NCBI RefSeq assembly: GCF_006345805.1
Contig: NC_043005.1
Location: 17,174,001-17,238,000 of the forward strand
Source of the DNA: Octopus sinensis
Taxonomy: Eukaryota
Length of the DNA stretch: 64,000 nt
Reading direction: 5' to 3'
Part shown: one piece after another, positions 26,452 to 39,441 of the stretch
Position numbering within the stretch: the stretch's first letter is position 1
Layout of the letters: each line of letters opens with the position of its first letter
The notes under the pieces: model-generated
The model's database searches: none
What the model saw: only the letters and a program-made list of their open reading frames with translations
What the model was told of the DNA's origin: nothing
Position numbers and translations under genes: made by a program

Positions 26452-26844
26452 TACTCTTTTACTCGTTTCAGTCATTCGACTGCGGCCATGCTGGAGCACC
26501 GCCTTTAGTCGAGCAACTCGACCCCAGGACTTATTCTTTTGTAAGCCCAGTACTTATTCTATCGGTCTCTTATGCCGAACCGCTAAGTAACGGGGACATA
26601 AACACACCAGCATTGGTTGTCAAGCAATGCTAGGGGGCAAACACAGACACACACGCATATATATATATATAATATATATAATATATATATACGACGGGCT
26701 TCTTTTCAGTTTCCGTCTACCAATCCACTCACAAGGCTTTGGTCGGCCCGAGGCTATAGTAGAAGACACTTGCCCAAAGTGCCACGCAGTGGGATTGAAC
26801 CTGGAACCATGTGGTTGGTTAGCAAGTTACTTACACACAGCCGC
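26452..26844 (-). mobile_element. Family A SINE
   Basis: Tail, core, internal (TA)n and head are all present in reverse orientation. Confidence 0.85.
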
Positions 26845-26911
26845 GGCAGTTATGATGGGGTTAACTGCCATGTTGGTTGCAGTCTTTTACAAATGGAAAC
26901 ACTCCCTTTAA

Positions 26912-27513
26912 CCCTTTCGTTACCAACCTCCAGCTGAAACCGGCTCTGGCTCTTTAGTACAAATGTCTGGTTTTCAAAAGTTCTGAATTAAAACCTTCCA
27001 CCAAAACCTAAGTCACAATTTATGTCCCTAACTCTAGCTTAATAGTAACGAGGCGCAGGAGTGGCTGTGTGGTAAGTAGCTTGTTTACCAACCACATGGT
27101 TCCGGGTTCAGTCCCACTGCATGGCACCTTGGGCAAGTGTCTTCTACTACAGCCTCGAGCCGACAAAATCCTTGTGAGTGGATTTGGTAGACGTATATAT
27201 ATATGCATGTGTGTGTTTGTGTGTCTGTGTTTGCCCCCCTAGCATTGCTTTGACAACCGATGCTGGTGTGTTTATGTCCCTGTTACTTAGCGGTTCGGCA
27301 TAAGAGACCGATAGAATAAGTACTGGGCTTACAAAAGAATAAGTCCCGGGGTCGAGTTGCTCGATTAAAGGCGGTGCTCCAGCATGGCCACAGTCAAATG
27401 ACTGAAACAAGTAAAAGAGTAAAGAGAGATGTTATTTTACTTAATTCTTGGTTATATCTAAAATAATTGGAAGAAACACTGAGCATCTCAAAATAAATTC
27501 TGTAACGAAAGGG
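26912..27513. mobile_element. piggyBac-like MITE interrupted by a SINE
   Basis: TTAA|CCCTTTCGTTAC ... GTAACGAAAGGG|TTAA. The two halves match the intact copy at 45319-45540. Confidence 0.85.
27051..27426 (+). mobile_element. Family A SINE nested in a piggyBac-like MITE
   Basis: Runs from the AGGCGCAGGAGTGG head to the AAGTAAAAGAGTAAAGAG tail, with a small internal deletion before the microsatellite. Confidence 0.85.
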
Positions 27514-28140
27514 TTAAGTCCTATTTAGTCGGTCAATGAGAATTTTCCTCATCACATTCATTATGACAAACAATGCAATTTCTAAAGGTAACCGTAATTA
27601 TGTATGGACTTTTAAGGTATAGGTTTGTAATCAGGACTACCATATAAACAGACATCGAAACATTTTATCTAAACACAGAGAAACATATTTTTTTTTTTTA
27701 TTTAGTGCTTAATACAGTTTTGTTTTACAAGTGTATGAAGTCAGATATGTTTGGCGTTCGGTTGGACCACCTGCGTTAAATAAAATACACCCAGTGCGCA
27801 GTTATTGTACTCAGCATGTTAAACGGAAAGTGATTCTATTATTACAACCTAGCGAAAGACTATGGCTACTTTCCCTGCCCAAAGAACATCCTTCTGAAGA
27901 ATGCTTCATTTAGCATGAAACTTAAAGTCATGGAATGTGAGATGGAGTGGGGTTGGTGGAAGAGAGAGAGACAAAGCATAAGGACCCGACAAATGAAGGA
28001 TTGCAATCTACAAGCTTGGCACACCATAATACCATATTCTTATTTAGAGGGTGTCAGTTATTATCTGCAATAACTGATAATCACTCTATCAACACACACA
28101 CAAAAAAAATAGAGCCTGAAAAACAGATGTTAAACGAAGA

Positions 28141-28190
<50 letters not shown>

Positions 28191-28205
28191 ATGCATGTAT
28201 ATATA

Positions 28206-28246
<41 letters not shown>

Positions 28247-28289
28247 CATACACACATGTATGTATGCATGTGTATATATATATATATAA

Positions 28290-28672
28290 TTCTTTTACTT
28301 GTTTCACTCATTTGATTGCAGCCATGCTGGAGCACCACCCTGAAGTGTTTTCGCCCAACAATTCGACCCCAGGACTTATTCTTAAGCCTAGTACTTATTC
28401 TATTGGTCTCTTTGCCAAATCGCTAAGTTATGGGGACGTAAACACACCAACAACAGCTGTCAAGCGAGGATGAGGGGGGGGCATAAACACAGACACATAG
28501 ATATATAAAGATATATATATATACACACACACAAAACGGGCTTCTTTCAGTTTCCGTCTACCAAATCCACTCACAAGGCTTTGGATAGCCTGAGGCTATA
28601 GTAGAAGACACTTGCCCAAGGTGCCACACAGTGGGACTGAACCCGGAACCATGTGGTTGGGAAGAAAGCTAC
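28290..28672 (-). mobile_element. Family A SINE
   Basis: Tail, core and microsatellite are present, with the head slightly truncated. Confidence 0.8.
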
Positions 28673-29726
28673 ATACACATACACACACACACGCTATATT
28701 TCTGACTTTGAAGATAATAGATAATTAGATTTATTCACATTTTTTTTAAGTTTCGCAGTAAAAAGCTTTAAAATTTTTTAGTTTAACTACTTTAAATTTA
28801 GCTTAGGTTTCATAATACACATCTATACATGTGTGTGTGTATGTGTATAGGCAGTCACGTGTTTGTCCCCATCAGAATTAATCATATGACTTATCTGTGT
28901 ATTGTATTAACATATCTATATATAATACAGATCCTTCTATTTGAGGCTAGGCCTCCTTTTATTCTTACTCACACGTATCATATATCAACTCTACTTTATG
29001 ACATTGAGGACATTTTACTGTGTAAATTAATATATATTTTGTATGTGGTTAAGGAGCTTGCTTCCCAAGCATGTGGTCTTGAATTCACTCCCACTACACA
29101 GCACCCTGGGAAAATGTTTTCATAATATTCCTGGGCCTACCAAAGCCTTGTGAGTGGATTTGATAGACAGAAACTGAAAGAAGCTCATCATGTATGTGTA
29201 TTTGTGAGTGTATGAGTTTTCATCCCCCATCAGTGCTTGACAAATTGTCTTGGTTTGCTTACATCCCTGTAACTTAGCAGTCCAGTAAAAGAGACCAATA
29301 TAATTAAGTACCAGATTTAAATAAAAAAAACAAAAGCACTGGAGTCAATGTGGTCAACTAAACTTTTTAAGGCAGTGCCCCAGCATGGCCACAATCCAAT
29401 GATTGAAACAATATGTATATATATATCTCTGATAAGAGGAAAAAATCTATCAGAAAGGAACTCTATCTCTCTTAAAAAAAATATCTTTTGATAAGCATAA
29501 CAAATGCGCAACTGGTAAAAAGAACTTTCACCTAATTAAATTACTTAAATTATTTTGTCAGCATTTTCTTCATTTCCTTTTTTATATATCACAACTCGTG
29601 TTCCACATCTCCTTTTTTAAATATATATATACATATATATATTTATAAATTAAGGATATAATCATTAAAATGATTAAATCAGTGGCTAGCATATACAAAA
29701 ACCCCCTTATCAGTCAAATTAATTTT

Positions 29727-30060
29727 TAAGTATATAATTAAAATATATAATTATAATTAAGGGTGTTGGAGTGCCAACGTCTATATGCTAGAAATAGATG
29801 TCAAATGTCTACAAATCACTCCAAATATGTTCTCTATTTTATTACAACACAAGGCTGAATGTGAGGTAATGGTCAAGATTTACAGATAGGGTTATCCGAA
29901 ATTTTTGCAAATCTTGCCCATTGCATTTGGCCTTATGTTGTAATAAAATAGAGAACGTATTTAGAATGGGTTATAGACATTTGACATCTATTTCTAGCGT
30001 GTAGGCGTTGGCACTCTAGTGCCCGTAATTATAATTACATTTTTATAATTACATACTAAA
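29727..30060. mobile_element. Fold-back (long inverted repeat) element
   Basis: About 150-bp arms include perfect blocks CTAGAAATAGATGTCAAATGTCTA/TAGACATTTGACATCTATTTCTAG and GTTCTCTATTTTATTACAACA/TGTTGTAATAAAATAGAGAAC, around a ~25-30-bp loop. Confidence 0.85.
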
Positions 30061-30716
30061 TATATATTTATATATACACACACATATACACATATATATC
30101 AATTTCAAAATATCACTATTTGGTTTGACTTCATTATTACAACTTGTACAAATAGGCACAGGAATGGCAAGAAGCCTGCTTCCAAATCACATGGTTCCAG
30201 GTTCAGTCCCACTGCAGGACACCTTGGGCAAGTGTTTTCTACTATAGCCTCGGGCCGACCAAATCCTTGTGGATGGATTTGGTAGGTGGAAACTGAAAGA
30301 AGCCACTGCTTGACAACCGGTGCTGGTGTGTTAACACCCCCATAACATAGCGGTTCAGCAAAAGAGATTGAAAAAAATTCTTCAATGTGGTGCCCCAGCA
30401 TAGCCGCAGCCTAATGATTGAAACAAGCAAAGGATAAAAGATGAAATATATAAGAGACTCCATCATTATTATCATTTTTGTCTCATGGTCTTTGTAAGTG
30501 TTTAGTATACAGTGTGTGTGTGTGTGTGAAGGTGTGTGAGAAAGAGCATGTGTGTGAGTGATGTTGTCATACTTTAGTTCCAGGTCAGCCCTGAGCAAAA
30601 AGATATATGATCAAAGACTGTTCCAGGCATGACCATCCTTTACGTAGCCACTTGACCTACTAGAAAGTGCAGTATCAAATCTCTGGGAAATCACATCTTA
30701 CTATGATAATAACAAC

Positions 30717-30760
<44 letters not shown>

Positions 30761-31277
30761 TGATAATAATAATAATAATAATAATAGCTTCACTTTTGTC
30801 ACAAGGCCAGAATTTTAGGGGTGAGGGCTAAGCCAGACACATCACCTGGGATCACTACTCAACTGGTATTTATTTTAACAAAAAAAAAAAAAAAAAATAA
30901 AAGGATGAAAATACCAAGTCAACCCTGGCAGGATTTGAACTCAAAATGTAAAGACTCACAACAAATACCACTAGGCACTTTTTCTGACACTAGCCATTCT
31001 TGTGTGTGTGCGTGCATGCATGCATGCGTTTGTGTGTGTGCATACCTAGAAACCAGGATTAGCAAACCCTTGCCGGGATAATTCCTGAGTAACTGCATTC
31101 ATCTTTGGGTTGGATCAGGTGGTAGATAAACAACTAAAAGCTTAGAGTGGTACCAGATGTCCTAAGTGGGCTGGTCACATGGCCAGTCATGTGACCTCAA
31201 GTGCTAGTTATTCCTATTGATTAAGAACAACAAGACACCACATCATTTCTCATTCCATTCCACCCTGTATCCATTAA

Positions 31278-31665
31278 CCCTTTCGTTACCAACCCGGCTG
31301 AAACTGGCTCTGACTCTGAGTATAAATGTCTTGTTTTCATAAGTTTTGAATTAAAATCTTCCACCAAACCTTAGTCACAATTTATGTTCCTAACACTAGC
31401 TGAATGATAACTAAGTTATTTTAATAAATTTTTTGTTATATTTAACCCTTTCGTTACCAACCCAGCTGAAACCGGCTCTGGCTGTGAGTACAAATGTCTT
31501 GTTTTCATAAGTTTGGAATTAAAATCTTTCACCAAACCTTAGTCACAATTTATGTTCCTAACACTAGCTGAATGGTAACTAAGTTATTTTAATAAATTCT
31601 TTGTTATATTTAAAGTAATTGAAAGAAACACAGAGCATCTTAACAGAAATACAGTAACGAAAGGA
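31278..31665. mobile_element. piggyBac-like MITE preceded by a tandem partial copy
   Basis: TTAA|CCCTTTCGTTACC occurs at 31278 and again at 31446. The second unit ends GTAACGAAAGGA|TTAA. Confidence 0.85.
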
Positions 31666-32002
31666 TTAATAATAATCTGGCAGAATCAGGCAACCACCTG
31701 TAATTATAAACAAAACCCAAAACGTGGGGAGGGAGGGAAAAACAAGAGGCTCACTGAAGTAGCTAGAAATAGAAGCCAAATCATTCTCTACCATCTCAGA
31801 GAACAATGAGAAGGATACATTGGGTAATGTAGTCTTACACAGCCATAAAAAGATAAGACTGTTAGGAGAGGAATGTCTTACATTGTGAATTTGCTCAATC
31901 AGGGCAGACTTAGTACGAAACAACAGCAACAATAAAAGCGAAATGAATCAGTAAATAAATATCTGAATTAATATCAATCTGCTGCTGCCACTGGCACGTT
32001 AA

Positions 32003-32114
32003 CCAATTTATCCAATTTCCTTCTTGTGAACTTTAAAAGGAAGACCCTTGCTGAAAGACTCTTGACGTCATGGATCACGTGACCCGGCCGATGACGTCAT
32101 GTGCCATTCATTGA
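32003..32114. promoter_or_regulatory. CCAAT x2 / CRE / E-box / CRE motif cluster (probable promoter or enhancer)
   Basis: CCAAT at 32003-32007 and 32012-32016, TGACGTCA at 32063-32070, TCACGTGA at 32075-32082, and ATGACGTCAT at 32091-32100. There are five CpGs in about 40 bp of otherwise CpG-poor, non-repeat sequence. Confidence 0.65.
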
Positions 32115-32295
32115 AAATCTGTGGCTGTTATCTGCTGTTCTTTACAACCCACTGCTAATTGGAGTCACAGAGACAAGGCTGGCTAACATGAAACCTTTAG
32201 ATATGGGTTTGTAATGCTGCCTAACACACATATACATGCCAGACTCAACATGCTTCTCATATAAAGAGGGTACAGCTTTATATTAAGCAACAACT

Positions 32296-32805
32296 ATACT
32301 ACAGACACACACACACACACATATATATACACATATATACATACACACACATATATATATATACATATATATATACACATATACACACACACATACAATA
32401 TATATATATACATATATATATACACATATATACATACACACACATATATATGTATATATATATATAGACACACATATATACATATATATATATATACAGA
32501 CACACATATATACATATATATATATACAGACACACATATATACATATATATATATATATACAGACACACATATATACATATATATATACATACATACACA
32601 CATATATACATATATATATACATACATACACACATATATACATATATATATACATACATACACACACACACACACACATATATATAGATACACAAACAAA
32701 CGTATATATATATATATATTCATACATACACATATATTTATTTATATTTATATATATATATACACATGCACACAGACACAATGTAAATTCATGCATACGC
32801 TCTCA

Positions 32806-32860
<55 letters not shown>
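32296..32860. repeat. Imperfect (TA)/(CA) microsatellite field
   Basis: Seen directly in the sequence. Confidence 0.95.
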
Positions 32861-32861
<1 letters not shown>

Positions 32862-33139
32862 TTAATGTTCATTATACACACACATGTTAGTTTTGTTTTT
32901 ATAAACACTCAATTAAACTTAAGCAATGGCGTGGGAGGAAAGAAGAAATCTAGCTCAAACTTTGGTGCATGGAAACTTGAAATAGTTATTTAAGACAAAG
33001 TATTCAATAGATTTATAATCCCCCGTCTCTTAATTGGTGCGATTTTCAACATATTTCTTTGCCCACATCTCAACAATGGCTTCAAAACCCCTCTATAAAT
33101 TCATACTAATAATTCTTTCTGATTTTTTTTTTAATTTTA

Positions 33140-33549
33140 GGATCTTTTCAGTTTGAACGGCAGTTTTTAACATAATTTCTAGGTAACTAAAAAATTTTAA
33201 ACTTCGTATACTAGTAGAATGTGTTTATAAAACATCTTTTTCTCTTGGCTTTATTTGAGAAAATTCTATAGTTTGTAAGATATTTGTTGATTTTTTTTCT
33301 TCAATTTCTGCAATTTCAACCAATCAGTGACGTCTATTGAGGTGAAAACATTCTGTGCCGTATGAAAATCTCCCTCGTTTAAGAAACAGATTAGGTTTAT
33401 TTAGATTTCTGAAGAAAAAAAGATACCCTTCCCCCACCCCTAACCCTAAAATAGATTGAAATGCAATAGATCGATACTAGGGTCATAATTATGGGTGACA
33501 ATTTCATATGACACCGCTAGAAAAACTGCCGTTCAAACTGAAAAGATAC
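33140..33549. mobile_element. MITE family M1, copy 2
   Basis: TIRs GGATCTTTTCAGTTTGAACGGCAGTTTTT and AAAAACTGCCGTTCAAACTGAAAAGATAC match at 28 of 29 positions. Confidence 0.9.
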
Positions 33550-33762
33550 AAATTTTATTTTATTATTTTTTGTTAGGGTGTGTAGCTTGTTGATTACATC
33601 AACCCTAATATTCAGCTGGTACTAATCTTATTGAGCCTGAAAGGGGGTGAAAAGCAAAGTCGACCCCATCAGGATTCTAACTCTGAATGTAACGATGGGC
33701 GAAATGAGTCTCGGACATTTATCCCCAACCCCAAGGACAATTACTCTGAAGATAGCAGATGA

Positions 33763-34112
33763 TACTCTTTACTCTTTTACTTGTTTCAGTCATTTGATTG
33801 TGCTCATGCTGGAGCACCACTTTTAGTTGAGCAAATAAACCCCAGGACTTATTCTTTGGAAGCCTAGTATTTATTCTATTGGTCTCTTTTGTCGAACCGC
33901 TAAGTTACGGGGACAAACACAGACACACAAACATATATATATATATATACACACACACACATATACGACGGGCTTCTTTCAGTTTCCGTCTACCAAATCC
34001 ACTCACAAGACTATAGTAGAAGACACTTGCCCAAGGTGCCATGCAGTGGGACTGAACCCGGAACCATGTGGTTGGTAAGCAGGCTACTTACCACACAGCC
34101 ACTCCTGAGCCT
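33763..34112 (-). mobile_element. Family A SINE with internal deletions
   Basis: Runs from the TACTCTTTTAC tail repeats to the CACTCCTGAGCCT head. Confidence 0.85.
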
Positions 34113-34334
34113 AGATAATTTAAAACTTCTATATATACTGGAGAGGGGATAATTGCCCTATGGGGGTTAATTGTGCTGATACGGGGCAAAATACTACAGG
34201 GTGGATACAGGGTGGAATGGAATAAGAATTTTGTGTGCTGTGCAAACAATTCTGGCAGCACGCTGTTGCCACCATCACTACCACCATATGCATAAATTAT
34301 CCCTTTGACTATATATATACATATATATATATGT

Positions 34335-34636
34335 GGAGGTGCAATGGCCCAGTGGTTAGGACAGCAGACTCGCGGTCCTAGGATTGCAGTTTCGATTCCT
34401 AGACTGGGCGTTGTGAGTGTTTATTGAGCGAAAACACCTAAAAGCTCCACGAGGCTCTGGCAGTGGGTGGTGGCGATCCCTGCTGTACTCTTTCTCCACA
34501 ACTTTCTCTCACTCTTTCTTCTGCTGGCTTGCTCGCTTAGCCAGCGGGGTGGCGTCATTTGAAGGCTACAACAATGCAAAGCGCATTGTGACCAGTGATG
34601 TGTAGCAACATCTTATAGTCTGGTCGGTCATGGTGA
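34335..34636 (+). mobile_element. Family B SINE (same tail type as 24097)
   Basis: GGAGGTGCAATGGCCCAGTGG head and GTGACCAGTGATGTGTAGCAACATC tail. Confidence 0.85.
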
Positions 34637-35513
34637 TATATATATATATATATATATATCTCACACACGCACATACGTACATACATACACAAATACACAC
34701 AGAGAGGATAAAAATATATATGATTAATGTGTGTGTGTGTGTGTACTGAGTTCTTGAATAGATATAAGGCCTGGAAAAATGCTTAGACAATTTTGGTGTG
34801 TGTGTGTTAATAGCAACTAAAAGCCATCCAAATTTTTTTTAATGAGATAAACTTTCATTATATGAAGTACTTTTGGTGCTTAAAAAGAAATGTTATCTAC
34901 AACCTATACATCTGTTTTAGATAAATGTATTGTATGTGCATGCGTGCATGCATGCATGTATGTGTGTGTGTGTTCATACATGTATAATATATGCATATAG
35001 TTCAATTTTGATTGTCCACTGATTGATTATTGTGTACAGATAAACAAATATATACACATACATAGGCGCAGGAGTGGCTGTGTGGTAATTAGCTTGCTTA
35101 CCAAGCACATGGTTCCGGGTTCAGTCCCACTGCATGGCACTTTCGGCAAGTGCCTTCTACTATAGCCTTGGGCTGACCAAAGCCTTGTGAGTGGATTTGG
35201 TAAGCGGAAACTGAAAGAAGCTCTACTGTCTGTTGTGGGTTTGGCTTTTATGGCTGGATGCTCTTCCTGATGCCAATCACTTCGCAGAGTGGTCTGGGTG
35301 CTTAATTAAAACAGTTCCAGCATCTTTTATCAGTTATTATACAACTTATATACCAAGGATAAAAATTGAAGGTTTATCAAAAATGGTTTAACATACATTA
35401 CATGAGAAATTTGCAGTGCACCTGAATACTGTATTCAATAAGTTCATTATTATCAAATTATCCAAAATAAATACTGTCAAGTGCATTAATTAATTAATTA
35501 ATTATGAATATAT

Positions 35514-35918
35514 AGACGTAGGAGTGGCTGTGTGGTAAGTAGCTTGCTTACCAACCACATGGTTCTGGGTTCAGTCCCAGTGTGTGGCATCTTGGGCAAG
35601 TGTCTTCTACTATAGCCTCGGGCCGACCAAAGCCTTCTGAGTGGATTTGGTAGACGGGAACTGAAAGAAGCCTGTCGTATATATCATTATATATATGTGT
35701 GTGTGTGTCTGTCCCCTCAACATCGCTTGACAACCGATGCTGGTGTGTTTACGTCCCTGTAACTTAGCGGTTCGGCAAAAGAGACCGATAGAATAAGTAC
35801 TAGGCTTACAATAGAATAAGTACTAGGCTTACAAAGAATAAGTCCTGGGGTCGATTTGCTCGACTAAAGGCGGTGCTCCAGCATGGCCACAGTCAAATGA
35901 CTGAAACAAGTAAAAGAG
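35514..35918 (+). mobile_element. Family A SINE, full length
   Basis: Head, microsatellite and tail are present. It contains a tandem duplication of AGAATAAGTACTAGGCTTACAA. Confidence 0.9.
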
Positions 35919-35959
35919 TAACAGAATTGTTGTAAGCAGCATTTGCACTGATATGCAAA

Positions 35960-36105
35960 TTAGGCAGACCAGCTGAACTGTGACCAACTTTATTGCTATT
36001 AGCTATTGATCTCTTTGTGGACATAAGACGGGTATACTTTCTCTGATGAAGGTCCCAGAAGACAAGAAACTAGTCAAATCGATCCTGCTTATTTTTTTTT
36101 TGTCC

Positions 36106-36145
<40 letters not shown>

Positions 36146-37309
36146 TGAAAGCCTGTACTATAACAGCTTTTCACAGCAAGACCAAAATTGTATGTTTATT
36201 TAAAAAGGTATAACTTACATTACATACTATTCAAAACTCTGTGTGTGTAACACATTATTAATTGATTAAATATGCATGTGTGTGTGCCTAAAAGTAAGCA
36301 AGTAAACCAGTTTGTATGTGTGTATATATGTATATATATTTATATATATATAGTGTGGTTTTATTTAACTTTTTGTCAGTCTTTTGATAGGAAGGGTGGG
36401 ACTGGTTTTGAATCAAAGAGTCTTTTCAAGTGGTGTGTGAGTATGTGTGTCTGTATTTTATTGAGGTTAGTGTAGGTGTGTGTTGCATCATGCTATTTTA
36501 TATTATTTATGGTATATACATACACACACACACACACACAAATAATATATATATACATACATATATTTACACTGCATACATATACGCACATACAAACACA
36601 TAATATATACTAACATGCATATATATATATATACATATATACATATATATATATACATATATATACATATACATATATATATATAATATATTCTTTTATT
36701 CTTTTACTGGTTTCAGTCATTTGACTGTGGCCATGCTGGAGCAGCGCCTTTAGTCGAGCAAACTGACCCCCCCAGGACTTATTCTTTGTAAGCCTAGTAC
36801 TTCAGCGCCTATATGTATACACATACACACATATCATATCGTCATTTGATATTCTCCTTCAATGCTGGGATGGGTTGGACATGGTTGGAGAGAAACTTCT
36901 AAGTCAGACGACTGACCATAACCCCCACCCCACCCCCGCCACACACACATACATATATATATATATGTATATTTATATATGTATATATATGTATATGTGT
37001 ATGTGTATATATATGTATATGTGTATGTGTATATATATATGTATATGTGTATATATATATGTGTGTGTATGTATATATGTGTGTGTATCATCATCATCAT
37101 TAGGCAGACCAGCTGAACCATGACCAACTTTGTTGCTATTAGCTATTGATCTCTTTGTGGACATAAGACGGGTATACTTTCTCTGATGAAGGTCCCAGAA
37201 GACAAGAAACTAGTCAAATCGATCCTGCTTATTTTTTTTTTGTCCAGAGAGAGAGAGAAATGAAAGCCTGTACTATAACAGCTTTTCACAGCAAGACCAA
37301 AATTGTATG
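35960..37309. repeat. Dispersed local duplication of a ~210-235-bp block (35960-36194 / 37100-37309)
   Basis: TTAGGCAGACCAGCTGAAC...GACCAAAATTGTATG recurs 1140 bp apart with different flanks. Confidence 0.9.
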
Positions 37310-38347
37310 CATACACATACTAGTTTACTGGTTTCAGTCACTGGACTGCGGTCCTCATGCCAGGGCAACCCCTTCAAACCTTTAACGAATCATACTGACC
37401 TCACCTCATGCCCTACCTATTCTTGCCTAGTTCTTACATTAACAATCTGTATTTGCTAAGCCGAAATGGCCTACATTGGTTTTGAAACATCACAGGCTGC
37501 AAAATAGATACAGACATGGACATAGTCACATAATACACTACACCATCATCAGCATCTTCACCATCATTCTCACACCTGCTTTCCATGCTGGCATGGGTCG
37601 GATGAGTTATTGCTAAGCTCCTAGATGGGTTGGCAGACCACATCTTACTCATAAGTTTCCATTTTGGCTTGCTTTCTAAGACTAGATGCCACTTCCTAAT
37701 ACCAACCACCTGTCATCATCATCGTCATCATCTGTCTGCTTTTCCATGCTGGCAGGAGTTGGACGGTGCTTTGTGAGGCAGTTCTATTGCCTGACACCCT
37801 TCTCAATGCCATTTCTCTTCTGTCTTGTATCAGTCATTGAATGGCAGCCATGCTGGAGCACAGAACTTATTTCTTTCAAGCCTGCGACTTATTCTATCAG
37901 TTTCTTTTTGCTGAACAACTAAGTTACAGTGACATAAACAAACCAACCAACACTTGTTGTCAAGCAGGAGTGGGGAACAAGCACAAACAGAAAGATGCCC
38001 AACCCCTCCCCAAAAACAGGCTTCCACACAGTTTCCATCAACGAAATTCACTCATAAGACATTGGTTAGCCAAGGGCTATAGTAGAAGACACATATCCAA
38101 AGTGCTGTGCAGTGGGACTGAACCTAGAACCATGTGGTTGCAAAGAGTGCCTCTTCTGTTAACCAGGACATGGACAGATGCACGCACACACACACACACA
38201 CACACTACAATATTACACATGAAGGTGGACTCATTTTGTTGTGATTTGAGTTCCACACCACAGTCACTGTAGAGGCAACTGGATGACTATTGCAGCTCTA
38301 AACTGAAATCACAAGGATGAGAATTCAGTTTAAATAAACAACATGTT

Positions 38348-38443
38348 CCTATATATATATATATATATATATATACACTATATAAATATATATATACATA
38401 CATATAAATATGTACATATATACATACACATATATAAATATAC

Positions 38444-38486
<43 letters not shown>

Positions 38487-39021
38487 CATACATACCTATA
38501 TATATATGCACATATATATACACGTATATACATACACATATATACATACATATATACATACACACATATACATACACACACACATATATACATATATATA
38601 TATATATACACATACACAGATATATATACATACACACATATACATATAAACACACACACACATATATACATACACACACATATATATATATATACATGTA
38701 CACACACATATATATATATATACATGTATACGCCTATATACATATACACACCTATATGCATATACATGTACACACCTATATACATATACATGTACACACA
38801 CACATATATATATATATACACACATATATACATGTCTGTGTGTGTTTGTGTGTGTGTGGGTGTGTGTGTGTTTATTGAATATGTGAGTCTGATGTGTTCA
38901 AAACCATGCCAACTCTAAGGAAATGGTCCTTTGAACTGGGATGGACCTACTTCCATTCCAAGAGATGTTTGGCAAGGAAAGAAAAACCAGAAAATAAACC
39001 ATAAAAGGAAACTACACACAC

Positions 39022-39076
<55 letters not shown>

Positions 39077-39320
39077 TATACATACACACACACACATATA
39101 TACATACATACATATACATACATATATATACATACACACACACACACATATATATATACATACATACACATACATATATATACATATATACACACACACA
39201 CACACACATATATATACATACATACATATACATACATATATATACACACACACACACATATACATACATATATATATACATATATATACACAAACACACA
39301 CATATATATATATATAGTGG
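38348..39320. repeat. Two large (TA)/(CA) microsatellite fields
   Basis: The fields span 38348-38870 and 39015-39320 and generate a dozen spurious ORFs. Confidence 0.95.
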
Positions 39321-39403
39321 GAAGAGAAAGAAAAGCAAAAATGAATTCTTCAAGTGTTTGTACATTAGTGTATGTTATTTAACCTGGTGTGTATACATGA
39401 GCC

Positions 39404-39441
<38 letters not shown>

